Shown one piece after another: positions 36,901-48,337 of a DNA stretch of 64,000 nucleotides. Below the pieces are notes generated by a model, which made no database searches, was not told the origin of the DNA, and saw nothing but the letters and a program-made list of their open reading frames with translations. This DNA comes from Botryllus schlosseri (lineage: Eukaryota). Every line of letters begins with the position of its first letter. Positions within the stretch are counted from its first letter, which is position 1. Where the stretch lies: contig CM119372.1 of the NCBI GenBank assembly GCA_051294905.1, positions 4,032,001 to 4,096,000 on the forward strand, written 5' to 3'. The translations under genes and the position numbers were made by a program.

Positions 36901-39900
36901 TTAATCAGTGTGTTGCATGCTCAAATGTGGGGTAATCGTTTATATATGTTGTAAAAGGAGAATAATGTGACCAATGCAGGCAGATCTCATAAATTCTTCA
37001 GGCACGGTGTTTCTGACTTACGGTTCAGGCGATGTTCTGTGAACAGACTCTCTCGACACTGCCGAATGAATTCTGCTCATCTTCTTTTCATACTCGTCTT
37101 TTTTGGCGTAGTGCTCCTGATATATCTGCAAAAAGCGCGACTTGAAGGAAAATCGTATAATATGTTCATATTGAAATAAAACCGAATATTTTCGGCAGAC
37201 ACTCGCGGGTAATTGTAGTGGTAGCTCTATGGCGCCACTAGGGTGTGACGACATCGCAGGTGCTTCGGTGCTTGGTCGGCACTGAATACATGGCTGCTTG
37301 AGAACTCACGTCTCGTATATTAGACAGACCGTCAGTCACGTTACTACAGTAATCGTGAGCAACTAGTAGAGAATTGAAAAGAACATCGTTTATCAAGAAC
37401 CTTATCATCAAAAAGACTTAATTTTAGAGGAGGCATATTGATGATTTCATTTATAGCAACGACACAAATCTATCAGTACACAACCCTATTTTTGGCAAAA
37501 TTTGAAACGCTGAAAGCACGTGGGACTACACAATTGTTTAAGTAACCAGGGGTCAACCCGGATTAACTGTTAAAAGTATGCGACCCGTCGGCCAAATTTA
37601 CTTTTTGAAACTATATACTTCAGTACTTTCTTCATATCTGCTTCCAATTGAAGTAATCTTGAAATTTCTACTTCTACTTGTAATTGAGTAGTAATTTACA
37701 CCGTCACTTCTATTTCTGGCTGCTGAATACTTTGATCGTCTCTGGAAGCAACACAGGAGGTAATCTAATAACAGAATTCTAACCCGATCAAACTTAACCA
37801 AGCAAAGGAATTCTGCATGATTGGTTCGTAAAGGTAGATATGCATCTAATACATTCTAACGACATTATGCATTTGTTGTAAGCATCAAACTGACCTTGTT
37901 AAGTTGATCCTTCAGTTGTCTTTGCCTGCTCGGACTCGGTGTGAACCCTTCGCTCTTTTTGGAGACTTTACCTTCTGGTTGAATTCCATGGCATGAATAT
38001 ATCGTTGGTTGTGAGACCTGGCAACAATAATGATTATACGGATTGTAAAGTACCAGTAATCAGGGGGTTCATAATCTGAGGCTTGTCTTAAGTACGATTG
38101 ATCATTACGATGGTATGGTACCAATATATGAAGTTATCAAGTCGCGCTGCTCTCTACTACATAAATTAAAGCATTAAATAGAGACACATATGCGATATTT
38201 CCACACAAAACCAGCATAGCTATTGAAACCAATTAAAAAATCATTGACTCACAATAATTGTGGCACAACACAATACAGTTTCCGCATCACTTTGTATGGA
38301 AACGAATGGGATAAAAGTTGGCCGTGTTGCCACAATAACACTTTGTAACAGTTATCTTACATTATCTTTTGTGTTATAGCGCTTTTGTTGTACAACAAGG
38401 AAACTTAAGATCACTGAAATCGCACCAGTTATTTCAGGTCAGTTAACATATAACAGAGGCTTTTGTTGAAATGAAAGATTACTTTTATAGACAAAACGCG
38501 CCGCATACATACCGGAACTCAGTAACAGTAAGCTCTTGAGTATGCTGTCTGACTCTATGTGGAACGGATTGTATGACCCTTGCTGATCCTGTGACTTCAA
38601 TACATATTCAATCTTGAAATAGACCTTTCAAATTGTTACCTAGCTGAATGTCGACAAATGGTATCAAACTTCAACCATACAGCATCTTTGATTAGTCTTT
38701 TTCGTGTTATAGGTCAATGATTTCTCTGGAACCACCTCTTCGAGTGCAACATGTTTTGCTGACGATTCGCTCATGTACATCTGTCTATTGCTTCAAGTTT
38801 GAAAGCCCTGACCTGCGATCAAATGTCAAAAGTACATAAATAGATGTCTCATATCTGGAGCTAGACCGATATCTGTCTTAGTAGAAATATTGGTATCGGC
38901 TAACTCCAGTGTAAGTCTGCCAACTACTATTATTGTTTGATATGATAGGATCTGCAGTACTGTTAAATTGACTGATGTCTATCGATCTTGTTTTGTACAC
39001 TACAACGTAAGCTTAAGGGATGGGAAGTACAAGTTTCTTAGTCAGATGGAGTATAATTGTAAATAAATGAAGCATATTTATCAAATTACGACCACAAATG
39101 AGCAGGCCAAGTAGAAAAATATCACATTTTATTATTGGCAGAGAAGGTCGGCTTATCAGCGAAAATATATCATAATGGAATGGGCTCAAAATTGCGATAT
39201 CGATCAAGCTATATTCACAACAGGCTTTATTTGAACAGATGAAAAAATATATAAATAAATGAATGAATTTCGTTACCTAAAACTAAAAACACTGTGTGAT
39301 GAGAAATGTGTACTGATTGCTGTTAAATAAAAATAATGTTTTCCTGACAACGTGAAACTGTCACACATAGAAGCAGACATCCAAACAATAGACCCAAAAA
39401 TTAAAATGTTTTCTCCTCCTAAACACCAATTGCTACTACAATCCCATACCTGCTTATCTTTCTGAATTTTCAAACTAAACCACATCTATATATCATCCCT
39501 TGATTCAACTGTGTTTACTGGATTGAAGGATACTCATTAAGATAAGCTCGATTCGACAAGAAATACTAGAAAACTTATGCTATGCAGTGTAGCTACACTA
39601 TTGACAATTTTCTGTTGTGTCACAGATTATTGTGTGGCGAGAAGGCTTGTTCAGATTCAACTAACATGATATATCATTGGTCAGATTGAAATAAAAAATC
39701 TTACTTTGACGGGTTCCAGTGGTTTCAATTTTGCTTTTAATAACCTCCCTCGTTTTCTGTCATCAGATGGAGGCGCATCCAATTTGCTAATTCCTCGTTT
39801 CACCTTGGAAACCGTGAACGCCGTCGTTAACCGAAGCTCATAGCCGGGTCTCACCATATCATCCTGTCAAGACCAAAGAATCAGTAGGCTATCAGTTTAT

Positions 39901-42900
39901 TAATAATTTTCCTCATTTCAAAATGCCACAAGACTGCGATATAACAAAGAGATTGGAAGGTGTCCAAGCGACTCGGAGTTGTTTTTGAAATCGGACATCA
40001 TCCTAGGCCTAGGCCAGAGGTGGGCAATTATTTTGCTCGCGGGCCAAATGAAAAGCAGAAAATACGCTGGCGAGCCAAGTCAAAAATGTTAACTATATTC
40101 TGCGGCGTTATATTTGTATTTCTAAGAAGAAAGCAGTGAATTTCATTGTTTATACATGCTGCTCAATGGTAAACATGATCCACTGTAAACTCTTTTTAAC
40201 CCACATACATGTTTTTCTATTGAAACATTAAAATGTAGTTAGGATACTGCAAATATTATCTTGGTCGCTGCCTCCCGAGTAATGTGTAGCTTCCTGAAAT
40301 TCCTACTTGTTTGTGGAAACTAGCAATGCTTCCGAAATTCGCACTTCCTTAGCCGACTGATTGACTTGTTTTACGAATTAGGGATGTGGAAACGTATCGC
40401 ATAACAATATCTAAATGTGACAATGGCAATAAAGAAGGTTTGAACTGAACTGTATGGAAGCAGTGACATGTTGTGACTTTAATTGCTACGTAACACTTCC
40501 GTGCATTGGCTTTATTTTGAATCTGGATTACTCGTACGATTACGTAGGCTGACCAGTGTCAGCCGAAAATATTCAGGTTCATTTCAATATGAATAGACTA
40601 TTCAATCGTATATTGCGGTTCTGTACCTCTAAGAAGTTCTTCAAATGTGTAAGTTCATTACGTAATGTTACTTGAAGAGCTTCTTGGAGGTACAGAACTT
40701 CAATATACAATTCAATACTATATTCATATTGAAATGAGCCCGAATATTTTCGGCTGACACTCGTCAGGGGTAATTACTTGAGAGAAGAATGCTGATCACA
40801 GATATTGTTGCCGAATGAAAAAGCCACTTAAAGTCCACTTAATGTCTAGAGAATATCAATTTCCTCTCTTCAACGATTGCCTTATACAAATAAGCTGTTA
40901 GAGCATTTCAATTGTGTGAGAAAGTTAAGTTGATGGAATATATATCAAGTTGAGAGATCTGTAAATATTAGACTACTCAGAGATCACTTTCTACACATAA
41001 AGTAACCATTTTTGTAGATAAACTGAAACATGTTTCTCTAACGCTAGAGATACTCAAGGACTAGGAGTTGATCAATACACACGAGAGTGTTTCTACTTAC
41101 AATTATTTCCCCCAGTTTGTCTTGATTCATCGTGACGCAAGGGTATTGCTTGAACGGCATTTTAATGAACATATTCGCCTTTTTATTATGTTCCATCTCG
41201 TATGTTTCGTCTTCTCGCCACCTTGAGGAAGTACTGCTGACAGCCCTGCTGCTGGCAACTCGATTTTTAGCTGTCCATATGATTGATTTGGTAAGATGTG
41301 GTACGGTATTCCTGTGAAAGTATTGCTGCTTTTTATTGACAAATCCAACCATCCACAAATTCAATACCATACAATTGAATAGTATATTCATATTGAAATA
41401 AACCCGGATATTTTTGACAATAGTCAGGGGCAATCGTCAGCAATTGAAGAGAACTGGATATCCAGTTTGATATATAGCCTACGTCACTGCCAGACAGTCA
41501 TTATAACTGGGTTTATTAAAGTATAGTCCCCATAGTCACTTATTAGTACATTTATATCACATACCAGATTACGTTTGCGTAACTGATCTATGGTGAATAC
41601 AACAACTATGTCTCAATAAAAATACTTGGGAAACAATATCCGTTTATTTTAATAATTGTATATTGAAGTTATGTTCCTCCAAGAGTATATAAGAAACTAT
41701 ATCGATATAAATTTCAATCTATTAATCAAAATCTCAATCATGTTCAACTTTAACTGAGCTCATCAACTTTTTTACATCTATTTAGTTCCCAAATAACTCT
41801 CTCTTTCAAAATGTATTCTCGTCCATCGAATCATGTGGAATCAACTCCATCTTATATCACATCTCATCAAGTGCCCTTACAACGATTAAACGGTGTAACG
41901 ATACAAAAGATCAATCCAGCAGGCAGGAACATGTCACAATATTTATATCTGGATTCTTGAATAGACCATTACATGTATTTTTGGCATAATTGGCGTCACT
42001 GAATCACTGACTTTTGTTTCATTGTATCGAATACATTGCCCCTGCCACAAAATTTTGTGAAGCATCAATTGGTACCCAAAACAATTTACTAATTGCGATT
42101 TCTATTCATTAAATCATAACTTGTGTCACAGAATCACAGATCCTACATAATAATTATTTTATCATGTTCGTATCGGCGTTACAATATTTATGTACACAAT
42201 TGATACATTGTAATAATTATTTTATTGTGTTCATACCAGCATTACGATATTTATGTATTCAACAATTATGAGAAACATAATCCTATATATTGTTGGCGTA
42301 TTTAATAAAAGGTATCGAGTACCAGAACAACTTACGCTCTCTTTGGGTATATTTGCACTGTCGGGTCATCCAACAGACCCATCTCGCTTTCAGGCGCGGT
42401 TTGAGGGTGATTTTCATCAGGAGGGAACTCGTTTACGATGACGCCGGGTGATACCTGTGGAATAGTGAATAGCTGGATAAAGAAATTCGTTGCAGTAATG
42501 TTAATTGACTTGGGACTTTTCAAATTTGGAAAGTGCAGGAAAGCTTTGAAAATCTCCTTTTTGTTGGAATATTACATAGTAAAAGCTATAAAAACGAAGC
42601 CCAGTACTTTATTATGCACTGCGTATGCTATTTAAGTAGGGCTGAGCAAAATTGAGGACCTGAATGATTCGATTCCGAATAGAGTATTAGCCTAAAGCCT
42701 TCGAGTCGAGTATTTGAGCATCCCTTATTTAAACATCACAACAGTATGAATAATGTGGAAAGTTCAAATATGTACCTTTCATGCAGCTGCAAAGAATATA
42801 ATGCCAGCTCTATATCACATCTAAGTAAAAGCCATATATTCAATTACAAGTTAGTAATCGATGCATGCTTCCTTGTAGTGGTAAATCTCTGGGATTATAA

Positions 42901-44755
42901 CAAGATTATAACATCAAACTCTCACCTCATAATATCTTTTCGTATGGTGCTTTTTGACATTGCCGCTCATAAGCCGTCGTTGCTGTGGGCTTTCATTAGT
43001 TTGTAACCTTTGCATGTGTCGTAGGATGGCAGTTTTTTGCCTTTGTCTCTGTTCTATAATTATGGATTGCCTTTGCCGACTCTGCTGTCTTGTCCTTGCG
43101 CGATCTCGTGATACTAACGCCCCGGGTGGTTCCAGGGGTAAATTCACGAGTGGAACGCTGGGGGCTTTTCGTCGAAGCCTTGCTTCCTCCTCCTGTCTCA
43201 TCCTAGACGCGTGCCTGCTTGGGACTCTTTCGCTGGTTTGGTAAAGGTAATTTTCGCGAAATGCCCGGCGTTCTTCACTGTTATTGGTAGCCTGCAGGAA
43301 AGTGTTTTGATTTAGAGTAATTAAAAGACACTGTAGTTGGTTATTCAAAAGAAGCTGTTTCGCTCTTATCTAAATGTAAAAGAAGCGGGGGAGATAGTGT
43401 AGTGATGAGCGTCGGCGCCGTCTATGCAGGCGGCCAGGGTTCAGGTCTCGCTGTCGGAGGTTATTCTGGGCTCCTCGTCCAGATAAACACAGTAAAGAGC
43501 AAGAAATAGCTTCTAAAAAAAGGATGGACGAAGAAATATTAACATCGAAGAAGACTGTGACATCGGGCAATAGGTCGAGGTGAACCCCAGTTTAAGAGAC
43601 CCCAACTGGTCGTTCGGCAGCACCCTATCTGTTCATTACATCGCATGGTGTGTCTTAGGCTATATATTGCATTGTACATTGTGTGTGTCTTGGGCAAATG
43701 GACATATAATCAAACAACTTTGTTAAGGTATGAATAAAAAATAATTTGGGGGAATGGACTTTAAAATGAAAAGAAAATTAATGTGGCATTCCGCGTCACT
43801 GAAAGAAAATTGATGCAAAATGTACTTTGATGGTGCATGTATGGTTGATATAAAATAAGATTTTCAAATTGGACTTTAGTACCCTAGGAATTAGTCAGTT
43901 TATAAAATGCTGAGTCGTCAATCTCACAATTCTGTGATCATTTATTATAGAGCTACCCATCGTAAATAGTAATATTACAAATCATTAGCCATATGCAAAT
44001 CATAAACAATTACTAATAGTAATTAAAAAAGTAAAAACTACTTTGTTACTGACCACCTCTACCAGTGGCTTCAAACAGGCGTTCCGTTCTGCCATACTTT
44101 CAGCGCTAATTTTTGTATCGGTTCCAATTTTATTTTCTCAGATGCGTGCATGTATTTTTAGTTATCAAATCTTCAGCTTGATTCAAATATTATCATCTTT
44201 ATTTATTTTACTATAGTCGCAATTAACCAACGTTCATTTGGCTACCTGTTTAATCGCAATAATCGAATAAATCATGTGTAACTTGCTGTCACAAAACGGA
44301 TAAATACAAATGATATATCTGTACCATTGATCCTTCTTCACCCTCTTCGCTTGGAGGTGGAGCCACCATGTTGGGTCCAATACTACTCTGTGCCCCATCA
44401 GACTTTCGGTCTGATTTAAGGTCGGTTGCATGCCCAACACCCGTGGCTGGCTCGACAATTTCCACCTGAAAAGTAAGTAGATTCAGCATTCCACAAAAGA
44501 TATGATATTTATATGAACAAAGGATCAATGTGTCGAATATTTTGTGATTTTTGTTTAATTAGAGAACAAATCATCATTTTTATGAACGCATGGTTATGAT
44601 TTAAATAGCTATGGTGTCGGAATTGGTACCTGCTTTATTTGAACATCGTGAAACGCAGGACTGAAGACTCGGTCTTTCCATTTGACGGAATTGGCCCGGG
44701 ATTGAGTGCTTGCTCTGCTTTCTGTCCTCTTTATTGACTGCTTCCGTTCTTCCAT
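33916..44755 (-). CDS. Uncharacterised protein, ~502 aa. Model exons 44630-44755, 44325-44465, 42926-43291, 42336-42454, 41101-41311, 39705-39863, 37895-38017, 37602-37741, 33916-34039
   Basis: Chain of GT-AG-bounded open exons with compatible phases, from MEERKQSIKRTES... to ...HIESGVIF*. R/Q/S-rich with an acidic C-terminus. No recognisable domain. The 3' exons (38017 downward) are less certain. Confidence 0.55.
34714..35690 (+). mobile_element. SINE or LINE 3'-UTR-type retro-repeat with (ATG)n tail
   Basis: Ends AATAAACCA(ATG)n. Related copies at ~12300-12555, 12757-12860, 17940-18790, 36570-36765, 39880-40014 and 44951-45080. Confidence 0.75.
34830..35550. mobile_element. hAT (Charlie-like) MITE, CAGTGGTTCCCAACC TIR
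   Basis: TIR CAGTGGTTCCCAACC/GGTTGGGAACCACTG. 8-bp TSD GCCTAGGC at 34822-34829 and 35551-35558. Confidence 0.9.
36318..36351 (-). ncRNA. Hammerhead motif copy, core intact, weak stem I
   Basis: Minus strand UACC-CUGACGA-G-CGUCUGC-C-GAAA-AUAU-UC-GGAU. Confidence 0.4.
37214..37348. mobile_element. Very short solo LTR-like element (135 bp)
   Basis: Termini TGTAGT...ACTACA. 5-bp TSD GTAAT at 37209-37213 and 37349-37353. Related to 54888-55003. Confidence 0.75.
40738..40771 (-). ncRNA. Hammerhead motif copy, core intact
   Basis: Minus strand ACCC-CUGACGA-G-UGUCAGC-C-GAAA-AUAU-UC-GGGC. Sense to the host gene. Confidence 0.55.
43388..43630 (+). mobile_element. Possible tRNA-derived SINE
   Basis: A-box-like TAGTGTAGTGA and B-box-like GGTTCAGGTCT at tRNA spacing. 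Degenerate, so not a functional tRNA. Confidence 0.35.
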
Positions 44756-44865
44756 GATTATGAGAAATTATTATATTTCAACATTCAAATGACTAGCGGA
44801 TTATCAGGAAAACGCCTGGAACTGCAATAAAACAAACTGCAGCAAATGCATCATTTCGTCATATG

Positions 44866-44879
44866 GTTGCTATGGAAGA
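44866..44879. promoter_or_regulatory. RFX X-box-like motif
   Basis: GTTGCTATGGAAGA, ~110 bp upstream of the ATG of the uncharacterised gene. Resembles the X-box GTTGCYATGGNAAC. Confidence 0.5.
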
Positions 44880-44950
44880 TGTTTGGCGAGAGGAGCGATC
44901 ATGCGTGCAAGATATATACGGCGCCACCTCATGGGTGCCGATTTTTGTAC

Positions 44951-45602
44951 TATCATCATCATCATCATCATTGATTTATTAGCAATCTTATCAGTTCAAT
45001 ACACCACAAAAAAATGCGATACAATGAAAAGACAGGAAGATGTCGAAGCGACAAGGAGTAGTCTATGGAATCTGACAAAAATGCTGCATCCCACATTTCG
45101 CTTCTCTGAGATATCATAATACTGTTCGGCCACTGTTAGGAGGGCGTGTGCGGTTTGGTGTTTGTTTCGGAAGCCAAATTGTTGAGGGGAAATGACAGAC
45201 ATTTTGGCGAGGAATGAGGACAGGCGGGAGAGGAGCAGCTTTTCAAATACAACCCCGATGCTTGGGAGAACGGATATCGAACGGTAGTTGGTAACATTAG
45301 TTCTATCCCCAGCTTTGTGTACAGGGACTACTCTGGCTTTTTTAGATAGCTTGGGTAGGCTCCATTTTCTATCATGAAGTTGAAAAAATGGGCCTTATAT
45401 TGACCGATTAGCAGGTTTATCATTTTTAAAAACCACGATGGGATTTGGTCATAGCCGTCGGCCTTGTGCGATTTCAGTTTGTGGGTGGCTACTTCTACTT
45501 CGTATTTGGTCGTAGGTTCAAGCACAATCGACTGGGATATCGATCTCACCTCTGACCTGGCCGACACAGGTTTTGTAATAGAAGAAGCAATGTCAGTGGT
45601 AC
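44951..45602 (-). mobile_element. LINE RT fragment joined to the (ATG)n-tailed 3' repeat
   Basis: LKSHKADGYDQIP...YPSYLK, a frameshift, then VVPVHKAGD...NYRSISVLP...FEK...QFGFR. These are typical non-LTR RT N-terminal motifs. Confidence 0.85.
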
Positions 45603-46344
45603 CATAGTGTCCTATATAACGCAGAGCGAATGTTTGTTGATGTTGTACTTGTCTAATCTGACTCCAGAAGGTTACGTTTACCATTCGTTGCGAGTTTCTT
45701 TCCGTTCGACGGACCGGCGTCCCACGCCGCAGGGTTCGTTGTCTGACGTACCACGAAGCCTGTCTAGTGCACACGTATTGAAGATCACACGGACGAATAT
45801 TTTGCTTCTGTCTCCACGACTTGTAACTTGATTGAATCAATGTACGACGAAGTAACAGTTCTTCCGAATTTGTCAATGGAATAGAATGAATATTGTAGCG
45901 GACCGCTGGTCCTTTTGATTCAATGTCCCTAGATAACGCCTGGTATCTGCTATGAAGGAAATATAGGCTACTGTGCTCTTATTAGAATTTCACTATATCA
46001 GCAACCATCAGAACGCTACTATCTCTTCTAGATTGCGCATGCTCAGTAGGCATTGTTACGCCAAACAGTCCTAGCTATAGTGCTGCCTTCTTTCTGTGCT
46101 AGAACTTTAACAGTCCGTTCTCATTGGCTAAAGCCTTACAATCGCTTGCATTGTTACGAATTTTACGGGTATAAAAACCCACGTTTTCTCTGAAGTCTCC
46201 CCTTGAGACTTGAGATTCATCTACGCAACATCGACGTACGCTTCTCCGAAATATATCTGTAACGAGTGCATCTGCCCGGCTAAGAATACTCACAACGACA
46301 GGATAGCAAGTCGCCATCAGCTACGCATTAGCTTCAGGCACCAC

Positions 46345-46432
46345 GAGCCTTCTGTTACATGGAGCCCCTGAGTTCGGCAACAAGCCTTCTGTTACAAGGA
46401 GCCCTGAGTTCGGCAACGAGCCTTCTGTTACA
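46345..46432. repeat. ~36-bp tandem repeat, 2.5 units
   Basis: GAGCCTTCTGTTACA.GGAGCCCTGAGTTCGGCAAC repeated. Confidence 0.8.
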
Positions 46433-46450
46433 ATATGTATACGTTGTATG

Positions 46451-46990
46451 CAGGGTTGTAACCAAGTCACAAGGCTCCGAGTCACAAGTCAATGTCACTT
46501 TTATATTTTTGACTCGAGTCAAGTCGAGTCATTTTCATTTCACACCGAGTCCAAGTCAGTGAACAGAGGATCGAGTCCGAGTCATGGTATTATGACTCGA
46601 GTCCGAGTCCAAGTCATTGTGTTGACTGGTCAGTTTCCAGTTAAAATCTTCCTAAACCCACTTTTTTACCTCTTTTTGGTGATATTGAATGGTTCGCATT
46701 TATGATATATCAATTTTCCTCACTTTTAGCAGTTTCTGGTCGCATTTTCAAGCACCATTACCAACAAACGAAATCCCAATAGTGTGTTGGCTTCGAAATG
46801 TCAATGAAATGTCGGTCTTCGCCGTCTGAATCTCGAGTCGATGACTTGCTTCGAGTCATGCGCAATGACTCGAGTCCAAGTCGAGTCAATAACCAGATTG
46901 ACTCGAGTCGAGTCATTTCCGTATTTTGAGAAAATGACTCGAGTCGAGTCGAGTCATCCGAAAATCGTGACTCGAGTCATTACAACCCTG
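46451..46990. mobile_element. Intact hAT-type MITE (CAGGGTTGTAA TIR, GACTCGAGTC arrays)
   Basis: TIR CAGGGTTGTAA/TTACAACCCTG. Perfect 8-bp TSD GTTGTATG at 46443-46450 and 46991-46998. Confidence 0.92.
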
Positions 46991-48337
46991 GTTGTATGAC
47001 ACGCATATATATCTATATATATATATTATAGCCACGAGAGAATATATGCACAAAACATCGTACGATCTATATCCCTTATCTCCATTCACACGACACATAG
47101 ACGACTAACGAATGTCTTTATCGGGTTTTACTTCATGGAATTAGGTAAGGTTTTATAAAACTCCTCATTGAGCAAATATTAAAAGGACGTTAACAATATG
47201 TTCGGTTATGGTGTGGACCAGGTTTGTAATGACTCGAGTCATGACTGGACTCGAGCCCGACTCGAGTTACGATTTTCTGGTGAATCGACTTGGACTCGAG
47301 ACATTGCGCTCGACTCGAACCAAGTCATATGACTCTAGACTTAGACGGCCAAAACTGACATTTCGTTGCAATTTCGAAGAATAGTGAAGTAGGGTTACCA
47401 TCAGGGCCGTAAAACACCACTTCGTTAGCCCCCCTAAAAAAACGTTGGTCTTGGCTCCCTATAGGGTGATAAACCGGACGTCTCAGGCTATACGCTGTTT
47501 ACCGCTACTAATCATTCTACATTTATGTGTCCGTTTAGTGCAGGCCTGGGCAAAGTGCGGCCCGCCGAGCGATTCTGTGCGGCCCGCGAAAGGCTGCTTG
47601 AAATTTAAAACATCAAACCTAATTTTTAGTGTTGCTGCGTGGACTAAAACCATACGATGCATAAACTGGACCGGAATATCGTTTACTATCAAGCCTGTTC
47701 ATTAACATACCGTGATTACGCAGCCTTCGTACCTCACATGCCTAATCCAGATTAAAACTAAAGTCAATGTAGCATGTTATGCCGTTCGAATTAAAGTCAC
47801 AATAAGTCACCAAACCTTCTTTGGTACCATTGTCACATACGCATTACACGGTCTGTGTTTCAAATTGTTACGTGATGTGCTTCCAAATCCCCAGTGTCGT
47901 CCAACATGCGACCTTGCGTTTGCGCTCGCACAAAGACCGTCGACGATGAAACCTACATTCACAAAATGATTGACGCAGTATGTTGGCCGAAGCTTTCGAT
48001 ATCGATATATGTCCAGGCGCCAAATAGTCCAACCCATGCGAACTTAGCCCAGCGATATACAGCAGACCCGGAATATACTTAAGTAACAATATTATTGACC
48101 TAAACTTTGAAAAAATTTCGCGCGTTGCGCGGCTACTGGCCCGCGCGCTGGCTCGTCAAGGGGATGTGTCCCTTCGGCCAACAAGGTTGCCCCCCCCCCT
48201 GAGTTAACTGGTAACGGTAATCGCGCAGGTGTCTCTGTAAATATGTTGACTGTCCTGTGTGTAATTTTTAGGAAATGCAGGGATATCCCGGAACAAATGC
48301 GTCTATTCCCCACCAGTGGGAAATTCCCCACCGGTTA

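Noticed and set aside
38513..38812. Extra exons of the uncharacterised gene, including a TGA formed at a splice junction (selenocysteine idea)
   Set aside because: The splice-like signals give stops or conflicting phases, no SECIS was identified, and the model closes in phase without them. RNA-seq would be needed.
43388..43465. Functional tRNA gene
   Set aside because: The B-box and stems are degenerate. At most a SINE head.
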